A stretch of DNA of 63,811 nucleotides, filler included, from Lenisia limosa (taxonomy: Eukaryota > Protista > Breviatea), in the NCBI GenBank assembly GCA_001655205.1. It is 10 parts of 10 records of this genome, joined end to end, with 100 filler letters (N's around TTAATTAATTAA, not from the genome) between each part and the next. Parts side by side here need not be neighbours in the genome. Positions count along the whole stretch, not along the records: positions 1 to 15,029 come from LPNZ01008530.1; positions 15,130 to 31,784 come from LPNZ01006394.1; 8 more parts are not named here. The stretch is one strand, 5' to 3'. Positions within the stretch are counted from its first letter, which is position 1. The number at the start of each line of letters is the position of its first letter. The notes under the pieces were generated by a model that saw nothing but the letters and a program-made list of their open reading frames with translations, made no database searches and was not told the DNA's origin. Below, one piece after another: positions 1 through 15,975 of this stretch. Both the position numbers and the translations under genes were made by a program.

Positions 1-160
1 GTAAGAGACCCCTGTTATCTCCTTAATTTACGATATACTAGATGAGAAATAAAACAAGGTTGTATGGCCGCAGGTATCTCCTTATTAAGTTATTTGGAAG
101 AAAAAAAAGTGTCTGAACTGAGTATTCCAAACCCAATCACCACTTAAATTGAATAACAAC

Positions 161-234
161 TTAGCCTTCACTCCGATCCACATAACTAAATCTCGATAGT
201 TTATCGATCTTCTTTGTACTGGAGTGAGGCCCGA
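161..234. mobile_element. Family A MITE, internally deleted
   Basis: ttagccttcactccg...ggagtgaggcccga; TSD-like ataacaac/agaacaac. Confidence 0.65.
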
Positions 235-394
235 AGAACAACCAAGTTTTGTTTCATAAATCGCCCCCCCCCCCCANNNNNNNNNNNNNNNNNNNNNNNN
301 NNNNNNNNNNNNNNNNNNNNNNNNNNNNNNNNNNNNNNNNNNNNNNNNNNNNNNNNNNNNNNNNNNNNNNNNNNNNNNNNNNNNNNNNNNNNNN

Positions 395-3300
395 GCCTTA
401 AGATCCACGATTTGGGTCTCGAGATGCGTTCGGTCGCGCACAACTGTTTCATGGTCTCGCAGACTTTGCCGCGACTATGATGGTCAACATAATGGTGGTC
501 AAGGTGACGGTGGTCAAGGTGACGGTGGTTGGTGGAGGGGTACTATTAAGGCATCCCTACGGCCCCAAAAGACTGAATTTCCCGATGAATCCCGATAAAT
601 ATCGATATATTTATTCATGGTCTTTTTGGACCATAGTGTAAAAACCCGGGTAAAAGTCCCAAGACAGCCAGCCCCCCACCTCTGATTTCACCGTTTCCAT
701 TGAGACGTTAAGCTGATTGATGCGACTGTCCCTCTCCTGGATGGCTTGCTTTCTGAGTTTCGATTTAGATCTTGCGGATCTGACCTCCTCCTCAAGCTTC
801 GTGATCACAGTGTTGCCCTGCGAAGATGAGATAATAAGGATAATTCCGTACCCCCCCCCCATGATAGAATAAGTTACACCGCATTGTACATGTAATAGTT
901 CCCATTGTTTAAAATATGTCCCCACACAATACAACAGTCACCTTCTCCCAATTTACAATACAATGCTTTGGTCCGAAAAAACGGTTAAATATCGACATTT
1001 ATCGAGAGTTTATCGAGAAATTCCTCATTTTTTTGAGACCGTAGGGAAGCACTAATAACATGTCACCCCACCTTCTCGATTTCGTGCGAGCTTTTCACGA
1101 CTTGCTCCTTCAGGCCAAGATTCATTTCGCGAAGGTCAGCCAGTGACGACTCTGCTGACACCTGAAGCAGATTAATAGAATGTGTACTTAATTATTTGAG
1201 GATAGTAATAGATTAAAGTGTCAAAAATGCGTACTCCTCACCCCCACAATCCCCTCCCCACCCTTGCAGCGTTACTCTGTTCGAGCATATCCTCCACTCG
1301 CTTAATAGTGGCCAAGTGGTCAGCCACCTATGAAGTTACCACGGAAAGAACAACAATAATAAAAGAAAAATGAAGACCAAAGAGGTAACATAGATATTTA
1401 TAACGCAACAAAGAGTCATTCAGACTCACAGTATATAAAGCCCGAAACATAATGTATAATACATAGTATTAGTATGATGTGTAATTGCAAATAGATTCCG
1501 CTGAAAACAAAAGTCATATGATATATACTAGCTAAAATATGATATGAAATTATAACACTATGATATGTATATGTAGCCCAATCATAAATATACATAACAA
1601 ATGTAGCCAACATAGATGTCACCGTTGCCAACATATCATGTCCAAATACAGCCATAAAAGCTGGCTGCTCACCTGCTGCTTAAGGCCGAGGATAAGGGTG
1701 GCCTGTCCTGCTGACTCCTTTTCGGTGTTATGCCTACTAGAGTCCAGGGACTGGTTTTCAGCTGAATCGTGAGGGTGCTGACGGCAAAGTAACATCTTGG
1801 GATAATATGAACAACTACCACTACTCGAAAAAAACGATATTTATCGAGGATTTCAACAGGAATCCACCTTCAGAAAACAACATACCTCTTGTAGCCTTGA
1901 GCATTGCTTCGAGCTCCTCTCTTCGTCCGATTTCATCCGAAAGCCTGATCCTCAGATCGTCACGTGATGCTTCGAGTCTGAAGTGTAATTTTTGGCCTTC
2001 CAAACATTGCCATATTCATATTGATGATTTTTGAAGGGTTAAAATTAGGGCTTACGGTCCCAAAAAAGACAAAATTTCTCGATAACTCTTTGATAAATAT
2101 CGATAGTTTACCGGTCTTTTTCAAACGGTAAGGAATCTCCAGTTACAAACCATAAACATAACCAATTAAAGAAGGATTATAATCCTTAAAAACCCAAAGA
2201 TAAAAACCTCAAATCTGAAGGATTAGCCAGGTGCTGCAGATCAGAATTAGGATTGATCGGATCATAGTGCCCGGCCAAAAGCGGTCACCAATTGAATAGT
2301 ACAAGACCGAAGCCTTGCACACCCCACATCGATAATAAATAAGCGAGAATCAGGAAATCTAGTTCTTTTTGGCAGTGTTTGGAAGGCATCCGTATACTAT
2401 ACATGGCTTCGGCCAGATATTATCTTTCTCCAATGACATGCAGTATTCCTACCGAGAAATAAGAGAGTGGGCACGTGTGGACTCTTGGAGAAGCTTCGTT
2501 CGCTCTTCATCACAAGCGGTGTACTACAAAGTTATTCTCTCCATATCATACGAATAGGCCTTAACTCCGATCCAAAAAAGGCCACTAAAACATCGATAAT
2601 TTTCAAAAACTTGTCGATGTCTTTTTTCGGACCGAAGTGAAGCATGGCATACGACACTAGTTGTATCTCGGCCAAACTAGATTCACAGCCCCACTTTTTC
2701 TTCCATTTTCAAATGCTGCTCTTGAAGCTCTGCCTTCATTTTCTGGAATGTGAAAAGCCATAAACCAAATAAATATTTATTTGATCTTGCTGACACCATA
2801 ATATGATCTTGTGTAAAAAATCAACTCAATCGAAGATTAAAATAAAATGGAAAAACACATTCTTGGGTTTATCCTGGACATAGTCAACATTATAACGAAT
2901 TCTTGGGTTTATCCTGGACATAATCAACATTAATATTTGATTCCTTGAAATAGTAGTGTGTTTACCTGGACAGTTTGGATCATTTGATCACTATGAGTCG
3001 CCTTCAAGTTTGCCATTTCCTCCGTTAACTGTTTGGTGATAAAAATCACATGAGAAAGCGAGGATCATAACAAGAAAAACAAGCTAGCATCAGGATGCAG
3101 TCATCATGCTAGTATGGATAGGCCCACCTTGGCATTAGAATCGACAATTAAATTCTCTTTTTGTGATGTCAGGTGTTGATTGGCCGCCTTCAACGACTCC
3201 ACTTCAGACTGAAACGTAAAGTCAGAAAAGAGCATGGAGCCAAGAAGTTATCTGTGACAAAAAAAAAATACTATCGTTCATGTAGCTATCTGATTAACCG

Positions 3301-4757
3301 GACCCAGAAAGTCCGAACACATAGCTCAGGATCTAGTGCTTGTTATACTGATATGATACAAATATTAGAGATAAGAGTGTAGTCTTTATTGTTGCATGAT
3401 ACAGATCTAACACGGAAAACAATGCACCCACCTGGAGGGTCATTGTATCAGCCATCTTCTGGTCGGTTGTTGAGGTCAATGCAACCTCAGTTTCTTTGAG
3501 TGACATTCGACACGAGATCCACTGCGATGCCAGGTACTATGTTGGGTCAGATTTACCACATCTTCACATTTGCTTAAATATTTATTACTATATTATGAAT
3601 TTGCACTCAAAACAATCAGAAATGATAACAATGACACGACTGCTCTCAATTCCAATTTGACAAAGCCGAGCCAACGGACCTCTTTGAGCTCCTTATCGGT
3701 CGCGGGGCGCAGGTTGAGAGTCAACCGCATGTTGGGCTTGTAGCGATCCGTTTGGATGAACTTCAGTCTGCCGTCACCCCAGGAAACGCTGCCGTTTAAC
3801 GACGCCAACGATGTGGGTGTGGAGGGAGCCTGGGATCAAATGAACTGAAAGCACATAATTCTTGTATATATGTGGAATACAAATAAGCGGTTTAAGAAGA
3901 GCCTGAAGCTTACTTGATACATTGTTTGGTCACCTTTGATGTTGGTGTCAAGCTCACATACATATCTAAAGATGTTAATTTAATAGCGGATTTCACGTAT
4001 TAGAATAGAATATAAAGGAATTCCCCTTGTGGAACTGATACTATTGTTCCATTTGCTGGGTTGTGTAGCCTTGTATTTCCTCCAGATCATTTATTTACCC
4101 TCTCTTTGAGCGTGAGGTATAACTCTTATTAGCCCTTTTGTTCATAATTTTATGTATGGTGACAGTGGTATATTGACCTCAAGAGAATTGGTCAAGACTA
4201 CCATTTGGCATTTCATCAATTGTTGCAAACCTTCCGTCAAGGGTTGCTGGGTCAGCCTCCCCAAGGACACATTCCGAAAGGAGAAACACAAGATACTCTG
4301 GAAACTTCTGCAAGCGGTTACGCAATCAAGGATTTTATGGCAAAAGAAGAACAGATTGTGAAATCCGTTAAATGCCGCACAGACCTGGAAATCTCCTTGC
4401 AGATTCTCAGATATCTTTAGCTGCTGAAATTCTTCCTCATTCAATGACTACACATAAGAGCTTTAATGAAGAAAACAAACCTGTAAGAAGAAAAAGAACG
4501 GATCATCTTCGTCAGTGAGGGTGATGTTTAGAGTTTTCCAAGACCCAGAACGGTCGGAGAGAGTAAGCCGGAAATTCACAGAACTCACCTAAAAATTAGT
4601 GTTTATTTCAAAAATTTACACTAAAGACGGCCAATCGGCAAGGGAAGCCTACTTTTGATTCACGATCAGGAAACGTCAGGCGAACAGGGACCTTCCCTTC
4701 GTACTCTAATGATATGCCATCGGCAACAGAACTCCAATTAAATAGTTCTTTGCTCAT
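395..4757 (-). CDS. SAS6: Centriole cartwheel protein SAS-6 (about 15 exons; 3' end lost in the N-gap)
   Basis: Hand-spliced exons: MSKELF...VPVRLTFPDRESK / LTDEDDPFFFFLQ / SLNEEEFQQLKISENLQGDFQ / KFPEYLVFLLSEC / LKFIQTDRYKPNMRLTLNLRPATDKELKE / YLA, then a coiled coil with AENQSLDSSRHNTEKE and EIEKGNTVITKL. These match the SAS-6 head and coiled-coil motifs as I recall them. Confidence 0.88.
547..1054. mobile_element. Two family A MITEs (547-~645 and ~963-1054) in consecutive SAS-6 introns, opposite orientation
   Basis: CCCTACGG(T)CC-type arm and the core GACTGAATTTC..GATAAAT..TATCGATAT. Confidence 0.8.
2046..2647. mobile_element. Two family A MITEs (2046-2141 and 2555-2647) in SAS-6 introns
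   Basis: TSD-like gttaaaat/gttacaaa and catacgaa/catacgac. Confidence 0.82.
2860..2932. repeat. 40-bp tandem duplication in a SAS-6 intron
   Basis: ttcttgggtttatcctggacata(g/a)tcaacatta twice. Confidence 0.9.
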
Positions 4758-4773
4758 TGTAGGCAATATTTAA

Positions 4774-4785
4774 TTGGCGCCAAAA
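4774..4785 (-). promoter_or_regulatory. E2F-like site just upstream of the SAS-6 ATG
   Basis: TTTTGGCGCCAA on the minus strand matches TTTSSCGC; a second CGCGAAA lies at ~4863. Confidence 0.45.
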
Positions 4786-4996
4786 CTTGAAGAGGTTCTT
4801 GAGCTGAAATGCTTTATTTTGTCCACTAGTTTAATCTCCCCTCTACGTTGTTTCTATAATAACGCGAAAGTTATGAAAGAATGAAAAACAAAGGTAATTA
4901 CGATTTTAGAAATCAATTCACTGAACTGAACTGATATTTAAAGTTTTTCTTTGTACATTTTAATCCTTTTCAAGTTTTCTGGACATTATTAACACA

Positions 4997-5540
4997 ATGG
5001 AGGAAGGAACCCCTGTTATTCAACCCGCCGAGCAAGAGCCCATGGACACCATGACTGCTCTCCAAGTCGTTCTCAAGAACGCCAACATGTGCGACGGTCT
5101 TGCCCGTGGTCTCCGCGAGTGCGTCAAGGCCCTTGACTCCAAGAAGGGTTTGTTATTATTTTTATTTTGAAAATGTTCTTACTTTTTTAGCTTTCCTTTG
5201 CGTTCTTGCCGAGTCTTGCGACGAGCCCGCTTACACCCGTCTTGTTGAGGCTCTTTGCGACGAGCACAAGATCCAGTTCATCAAGGTTGCTGTATGTGGG
5301 GATAGTACCGTTTATTTGATGTTCAGAGTGTTTGTGAAAGAAAAATAAAACCAGTGTTTTTTTCTCATTTTTTTTTAGGATGGCAAGCAACTCGGTGAGT
5401 GGGTTGGCCTCTGCAAGTATGACGAGGCTGGAGAAGCTCGCAAGATCGTCAACTGCTCTTGCGTTGCCGTCAAGGACTTCGGTGAGAAGACCCCCGCTCT
5501 CGACGTTCTCCTCGCTCATTTCAACAACTCCGAGGAGTAA
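4997..5540 (+). CDS. RPS12: 40S ribosomal protein S12 (eS12), 3 exons
   Basis: [27 protein letters not shown]...[21 protein letters not shown]...[13 protein letters not shown]; GT-AG introns at about 5147-5190 and 5293-5378; TAA at 5538-5540. Confidence 0.96.
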
Positions 5541-5970
5541 CTTTGCTCTTGGATGAATATTTTTTTCAAATACTGCTGGTTCACCAAATCTCATCTGTGC
5601 ATGCACGTCGATCTCCTGTTATCTTTTTCTCCCTTGCATCAATCTATCTATCTCCCTGGGGTTTTAAAATATATGTAATTAGTGGTTGCATGCTTTTCTG
5701 GATACAATCCGTTTCAAACCAGCTCTGTCCCAAACCGAACAAAGCAGTGGCTTTTCCTCTTCAATCTAGCATTTCTATATCACCATCTGATGATTCATCT
5801 CAATGTTAAAATCTATTACAATCTCCCCTTTGGTTTCTACATTCATGTAAGTGTTCTCATTCTTACAAAATAAAATTCCTCCTAAATTGAGAATCAGCAT
5901 CCCTGGACAAATTTGCAAATAAGAATTATAAAATCAGCTCTACACAAATACCATTTAAAAACAACCTCCT

Positions 5971-7436
5971 TTACTTCTTCTCCTTCTTAATCTTCAACTT
6001 CTTCTCCTTTGACTTATCCTTTTTCACCTTCTCTTTCTTCTCCTTTTTGTCCATTTTAGATTTCTTTTCTTTCTTTTTGTCGGGCAACTTTTCAGATTTC
6101 ATTTCAGCAGGGGTCACCACTTGTTCTTCCTCTTCAACAATCTTCTCTTCCTTCTCAACAATCTCTTCCTTCTCAACAATCTCTTCAGTCGTCTCCTCTT
6201 CCTTCTCAACAGTTCCCTCCTTCTCAATTTCATCTTCATCCTCCACATCCATTGCAGGTCCCTTTTTGGGAGCGGGGCTTTTGGGGTCCCTAAACTCTTT
6301 TTTGGTCTTCTTTGTTTCAGTTGGTGCTACTTTAGCTGGGGGCGGGCGATAGAAAGGCTCCACCTTACCAGGTGCAAAGCCGCCTAATAGATTACATAAA
6401 CATAACATGTAAGGTCACGTTCATGTTGCGCATTCAAGTTTTGGCATCACATTTCACTTCTGCATTTAGAATGCAACGTGCTGAAAAAACAACACACCAA
6501 CGAGAAAAATACTCAATCCGTCTCTTGTTACCATCCAACCCGCCCTCCCCAACCTTCAGCATAGGCTGCAGCCGCCCTGGACTTCAATTCACCATCAGCG
6601 GCAAACTTTCCAAGACGAAGATCTATTTCTTGGTGAAAAATTTCTTGATAACAAAAAAAAAAGAAACTTGAAAATACAATACTAATTACTGAAAGGAAAA
6701 TCGGGGTGATAGCGCATAGAAGAAATTATCAGGGAAGAACCTCGCTCAAATAAATTGAGGCCCACACATCAAGAACTTATAAGAATAGTGCCAAAAAAAA
6801 AGCCAACATATTATGCACGTTACATCATGAAGAATAAGAAGGCAAACATTTGAGTCGAGCCATCTCATTCTTTGGCAACGGGAAAGTCTCTTCCAAATCG
6901 GTTCCACCTGATGGGACGGATTTCAAACGGAAAAACCTCTCAACCGGGGCACCTGAGAATATGATGATACAATCTTAGAACTAACAAATTTGGTAGTCCC
7001 CATCAGTGGGCAGCGCAAGGACTATCTCATCCTTGACTCTTCCACCATTCAGAGTAGTAGTGCTATCAATTTTTGAAGTACCAATTTCCTAGTGTCGTTA
7101 ACACAAACAAATTTTCCTTACATTGGGAAGGGAAACCTTCTTTCCAACTAATTTTGAAATGTCAAACTAAAGAAATAAGTGAAGGAAAAATAACACACCT
7201 CATTGGGACATGTGATCAAGAAGGTTTCACAGTTATCTTGTTTAGCAAGAGAGGTTATCTCCATAGATTCAGGCTTAATTACTTCATATCGATTCTTGTC
7301 AGGGAGAGGCCTTGGGGGTGAGTAGGAGACACTCTTCAAACCTTGAAACAAATTCATCAGGAGATTGCACGATTTTAACGATCTGATCTCTTCCTATCCC
7401 CTCCAAATCAGTCATAGACTGGTCATACTCCTCCAT
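5971..7436 (-). CDS. Multi-exon protein with a Glu/Lys-rich C-terminal tail; possibly RNA polymerase I subunit RPA34-like
   Basis: Terminal exon ...EEETTEEIVEKEE...KKEKKEKVKKDKSKEKKLKIKKEKK*. Upstream exons include VERFFRLKSVP. The exon chain and start codon are uncertain and the family assignment is only a resemblance. Confidence 0.45.
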
Positions 7437-7932
7437 TATGCAAAAGCTTGTGATTGTTTGATTTTATGTTCCATTGTCCATTGTTTATAAAAATATAACT
7501 GGAGGGTTTATATTAAAAATTCTCCCCCTCCCCCTAGGAGATACAAATACGAGTAGATGAGTAAAACATGGCTGCTGGAATATACCCATTGTATTAATTT
7601 TGTAACACTGACACCTCACTATTTGTTTTTGAAAGAGAATCCAGGAACCAAAGTATTTTGTTATCAAGACTTATACGACTATATACTTACCCACTTTTAT
7701 AAACTATTCCTTTATAACATAGAACCAATGTACCAAACCATAGTTGTTATTAAGGATTATATTGATAATACCAGCTCAATCGATCAAGAGCAAACCCTCA
7801 ACTCACATTGAAGAGCAAGAGAATGAAGAAAGAGAGCACGGTATAATTATAAAAGAAACAGGGCACAATGAAAAACGATACACTGAGGGCCAAAACACCC
7901 ATTTCCTAACTTATAAATTAAAAGACAAATGC

Positions 7933-9308
<1,376 letters not shown>

Positions 9309-9367
9309 TTATTTGGTTTGGCCACCAAGATACCGAAAATAAGGGGAATCTAGCTTAAAAAGAAATA

Positions 9368-9412
9368 GAACTGAACTTGGGTCACCCTATTAGTTCAGTT
9401 CAGTTCAGTTCA
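9368..9412. promoter_or_regulatory. (GAACT)n array and hairpin upstream of actin
   Basis: gaactgaact-tgggtcaccctatt-agttcagttcagttcagttc; the same pentamer repeat lies at 4921-4937 upstream of RPS12. Confidence 0.45.
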
Positions 9413-9665
9413 TTTCTAGGCATCTAACATATTATTGTCTCTGTAGTACTAGTTTTAGATAATATTTGGGTTTCTTCCGCTCGTCTTTCTTTTTTTCCTT
9501 CTATTACTTCAGATATTACTTTATTAGTTTCAAAGACTCTATTAGGTTTGGGGAAGTCGTCTTAACACGTCCATAATCTTTGTTTGTCCGTTTTTCCAGA
9601 GTTCAAAGCGGTTTCTTTGCCTCTTTTGCTATGATATCGTATTATAAGATTTAATTGAGTTGATT

Positions 9666-11776
<2,111 letters not shown>

Positions 11777-12279
11777 GTTAAGGGGGCAGACAACCAACTA
11801 TTTGGTATTTTAATCTGTTTGATCTTTTGCTTTCCTTTTTTCCAGCAGAATAATGTTATAAAAAAAATTGAGAACATCATCGCAATTTCCTTATTTTCAA
11901 TCACCCCTCCCTATTCACAAATAACTTTGGTTGCTCGTGTTCGCTATTGTTTTTTGTTGTTTTTTTTGTTTGGAGTTTCAGACTATTCGTTTCGTGATTA
12001 NNNNNNNNNNNNNNNNNNNNNNNNNNNNNNNNNNNNNNNNNNNNNNNNNNNNNNNNNNNNNNNNNNNNNNNNNNNNNNNNNNNNNNNNNNNNNNNNNNNN
12101 NNNNNNNNNNNNNNNNNNNNNNNNNNNNNNNNNNNNNNNNNNNNNNNNNNNNNNNNNNNNNNNNNNNNNNNNNNNNNNNNNNNNNNNNNNNNNNNNNNNN
12201 NNNNNNNTTCTACCAAACATGACCCTAATATAGTCTGTTTAGCCGTTACAAACGCTGTACCTTATCTGATTGACTAGAA

Positions 12280-14990
12280 CTTGGACTTGTTGAGTTTTCG
12301 AAAAGTGAGAGGAGGCTTGAAAACCTGTCAGATCTTGACTTTGATGACATGGAAAACAGTGTGACAATCTATGGGTTGGCTTGGGAGACTGAACTTGATT
12401 GCTTCACTTGTTAGTTTCAACTTCCTTTAGCTTAAGTTCCTGACAATTTAGATACGAAATTGCTAATTTCCCTGGCCATTTAATGCGTGTGGATTTCTCC
12501 AGTAACTAGTATGCCGATTACTTGAACTGTACTCATGAGTCCCAAAGACCAGCATACATGCACTCATATCATATCATATCTAAACATCCATATCATATCA
12601 TACATTATTTAATATTGCTTTGATTGGGATTTACTCTTTTCAACATAAGGCACACTTAATTAACTTAAACTTGTTAAAACCTTGAAACTCTCTTGGATAA
12701 TGAAACAGCTTTCACAAGTTGACCCTTTAGTTCTTGTGTGGTGTCAGCCCGGGTTAAAGTGCCACCTCAAATGACGTACCCTCACCTTGAAGGATTCTGT
12801 GGGTGAATTAAAATACCAAATGATTAATATGTATATAATATCTAGTTTATTCTAAGTGTTATTTTGTTCCCAGTGTGGGCTTCTCTGCTTTTTTTTTGTT
12901 TTGGTGCCTTTTAACCCATCTATAAGTCTTGAGTCTGTAGAAGTTGGTTTGGTTGTTGATAACTATTATGTTTACTTGTCTGTTTATAAGGACTTTCATA
13001 CTTTCATACTATAGAAGCTCTTTATGGTGCTATTTCTTAACTGTTTCTAGTGATGGACCAAGCCAAACGCTTTGTTAAGCCCAGAAGGTCAGTCTTTTCT
13101 TATAAAAAAAAAACCATCATTGATATTGGAAGTCACAGATACTATGAGGTGTACTTTGGACATAATTTACGTATAACCTTTTTTATTATTTCTCTTCCAG
13201 ATTCCTGATATTTCTCACTTTTTTTAGTTCCTACGACAATTCAAAAGCCGCTTTCTCAAAGCCCAGAATTTTATTGGAAGAGAAATCAAAATTCAGTTAC
13301 AGTTACTCCTCTGGGGTGAACCTCACCGAGGATTACGAAAAGCTTATTGCTCCCAAACCCAAAAAATCCACTATTAAGCCTCGACCCAATCCGTTACTCC
13401 AGCACCGCCCGCTGACCGAACCTCTCAAACAAGTTAGCATCTTTTTTAACGCGATCATTCATATTGTGCTTTCTGTCGTGCATAATTAGTTGTTATATCA
13501 AGTTTCCTTCCTGTTCTTATAGTTCAGGCCGCTGACCCCTTTTCTCGGCCTAAGTCAAAGTTCACTCCCACTTCCGCAACCATCAATGGAGAGCCTTCAA
13601 AACCCTCTGTCAAATCCTTTACCATTTCCGGGCAAATGTTTGGAACGTCCAAGACCAAACCCACTGTTCCAGCCTTCGCTCCCTTCGGTTTGTTGGATAG
13701 GTGGCTTCACAGTTCCGAAAAAGACCGTCATTTTCGTATTTATCGAGAATTTATCGAAGCATTCACTTTTTATCGGTGTTTTATAAATCCACCAAACGTT
13801 CCTTCTTTTCGTTTTTTACCTGGGATTCTTCCCTTTGCTGACGACATAGCCGCGGACAACCAGCAAGAGCCTGAAAAGCCCTTCCTCCCCCCACCCGTCC
13901 AAAACACTGAAGCCGATGCGAAACCCATGGAGCCTGAAACAGACCCCGATGACCGTGAAAGCCCTGGTATGTTGGCGTAAGATGGAGGTAGAAATGAGAA
14001 ATATTGAAGGGAGTTTCTGGCCGAAGCCGCACACAATTCTGCTTGAATGAACTACTTTGTCATTTAATTGAATTATTATCAACCTTCCAGGTCTCTTTTT
14101 CATTTCACCTCTTTCAGACCAAACTTCTCTTGCCTTCTTCTTGGATCGTGCAAACAAGATAGCAAGCCCCCAAAAAGGTGCCTTGGGTTTTAAAAGTATC
14201 CCGATCAATTATATCCCTACATACCCACCCCCTCCCGTACTATCGCCTTCCGCAAGCTGACATTCACTCTGCAGAAGACAAGTCCGAAGAGGAGATTGAC
14301 GAGATGGGTTTTGTCAAGGTGAGGAGCAAAATATCAGCCTCACCCAGGTTATAAACTTCAGAATCCTGAACATCTACCCTTCCAAATAAGGAAACCCTCT
14401 TCAAAATAATAGAGTCCCAACTCATGGGATAAATATCGAATTTCGTCTTTTTTAATATATATTATTTATTTTATTTTTTATTTTATTTTTTTGACTTACA
14501 ACTCACTTACACTGAATCTAATAGGCTAGGGAAAACAAAAAACATACATCCCTCCTTTTTATTGTCATTCATTTGCCTCTTTTTACTGCTTCATTTTTTA
14601 TTTTTCATTATTTGTCATTTTAATCCTGTTCCCACAACGCAGGTTGAAAGTCCGTCAGGGTCATCAGAGGATATTTCCGAGTTGAAAGATGAACCTGTCA
14701 TCACCATTCCTCCAATCCCACACGTGCCTGAAGATGCGGAACCTGGTATGTCGCTTGAGAAGCAGGCCGCTAAACTGAAATATCACCTCGGAGTGTAGGA
14801 TTTTTCTTGGATTTGGTGTATGGGTTTTTGCTATATTTTTTTTCATTTTGGATATGCCTCGGTTAAAATTGCTTTAAGAATCTGGTTTGGAGACCTGCTC
14901 AAAGTATTTTTGAAATGTTACAATCTAGAAATCTCTGAGTTGAAGGAAGAAGAAGTACATATGAAAGAAGAGTCAAATAGTGACAGCGTA
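12280..14990 (+). CDS. Hypothetical Pro/Glu-rich multi-exon protein (fragment)
   Basis: GT-AG bounded open segments such as KLIAPKPKKSTIKPRPNPLLQHRPLTEPLKQ, QQEPEKPFLPPPVQNTEADAKPMEPETDPDDRESP and ELKDEPVITIPPIPHVPEDAEP; no domain recognised. Confidence 0.5.
13700..13790. mobile_element. Degenerate family A MITE
   Basis: ggcttcacagttccgaaaaagacc...tttatcgagaatttatcgaag. Confidence 0.65.
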
Positions 14991-15073
14991 GGTGGAAAGA
15001 TGTGTTTTTTTTTAGTTGAAATACACCCCNNNNNNNNNNNNNNNNNNNNNNNNNNNNNNNNNNNNNNNNNNNN

Positions 15074-15085
15074 TTAATTAATTAA
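15074..15085. other. Artificial contig linker TTAATTAATTAA inside N runs (also at ~31829, 40096, 41813, 43887, 47860, 49300, 58094, 61939)
   Basis: The identical 12-mer, which has stops in all six frames, is centred in N padding nine times. Confidence 0.97.
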
Positions 15086-15419
15086 NNNNNNNNNNNNNNN
15101 NNNNNNNNNNNNNNNNNNNNNNNNNNNNNGAAGGAAATTTCAATGGCGTAAAGTATAAAAAAAAACAAGCAATAACACACTAGACAAAAACCAGAAAAAT
15201 GTTAGGTCGAGAAACAACTCTGTTCCCTAGCATGAAGTTTAAAAGCCTGGTCATGCGATCTAAGAGACTAAATTCCAAGATCATTTGCAAACTCTTAACC
15301 TCAAGATATATACCCAAAACTCCAAACTATTCCTATGATGCTACATACAAGCCTCTAGCACTGTGCACATGCTTACTTTTCCCATGGTTCCTCTTTCTGC
15401 TTGACTACTGAGAAGGCGA

Positions 15420-15975
15420 CGCGGAGATTCACTAATAAAAAACGTTAGTACGTTTTTATTCTGTTATTATTTGCAATAAGAGGTCTGAGGGCTGAAGAGA
15501 GGAAGAGAGAGGAAAATGTGGGTTTTTAAACCCATTCCGGGCTAGGCCTACCGGTATAACTATGCTCTTACCCGTGACGACATTCCAGTCTTCACATTCG
15601 TCCGATACTAATGCTCGCTCTGGCTTACTAACGTAGGTATTTTCTTGGAAATAGTAATACTAACATTGTGAGAACAATTTTAAGAAGACCTGGACGATCT
15701 TCGTGCCATAATGAGGGAAACACTGCTGCTTAGAAAGGATGGAGAATTTTCACTGTTGATGTTGAAAGTTGCTTTTATTCTTTGTATTATTGTCTTTGTC
15801 TTTAGTCCTGTATTTGTGTTAGTTAGTGGAAGAAGAAATACAAGGATGCAAGCGTCTCCACCGTCAGAAAATCAAGGTTCTTTGTCCGACCAATTTTCCC
15901 CCAAATCAGAGCCTCAATTCGAATCTTTGAACATGGTGGGAGGGAGGAGGGAAGTTGATAGCTCATTAATTTACA
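15420..15975 (+). CDS. Unassigned exon fragments (may be the 5' part of the glycosyltransferase gene)
   Basis: GC-richer segments with splice-like borders, e.g. EDLDDLRAIMRETLLLRKDGEFS; frame not resolved. Confidence 0.3.

Noticed and set aside
260-395. Poly-C/G runs flanking many N gaps
   Set aside because: The gap association is probably sequencing dropout at homopolymers; only their position relative to splice sites is kept as a finding.
6440-6790. OGG1-like wording (GWARCILNAE) in putative exons of the K/E-tail gene
   Set aside because: No HhH-GPD motif was found and the exon chain is unverified; it may be intronic or a chance resemblance.
15074-15085. Recurring perfect palindrome TTAATTAATTAA
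   Set aside because: Always centred in N padding; an artificial six-frame-stop contig linker.
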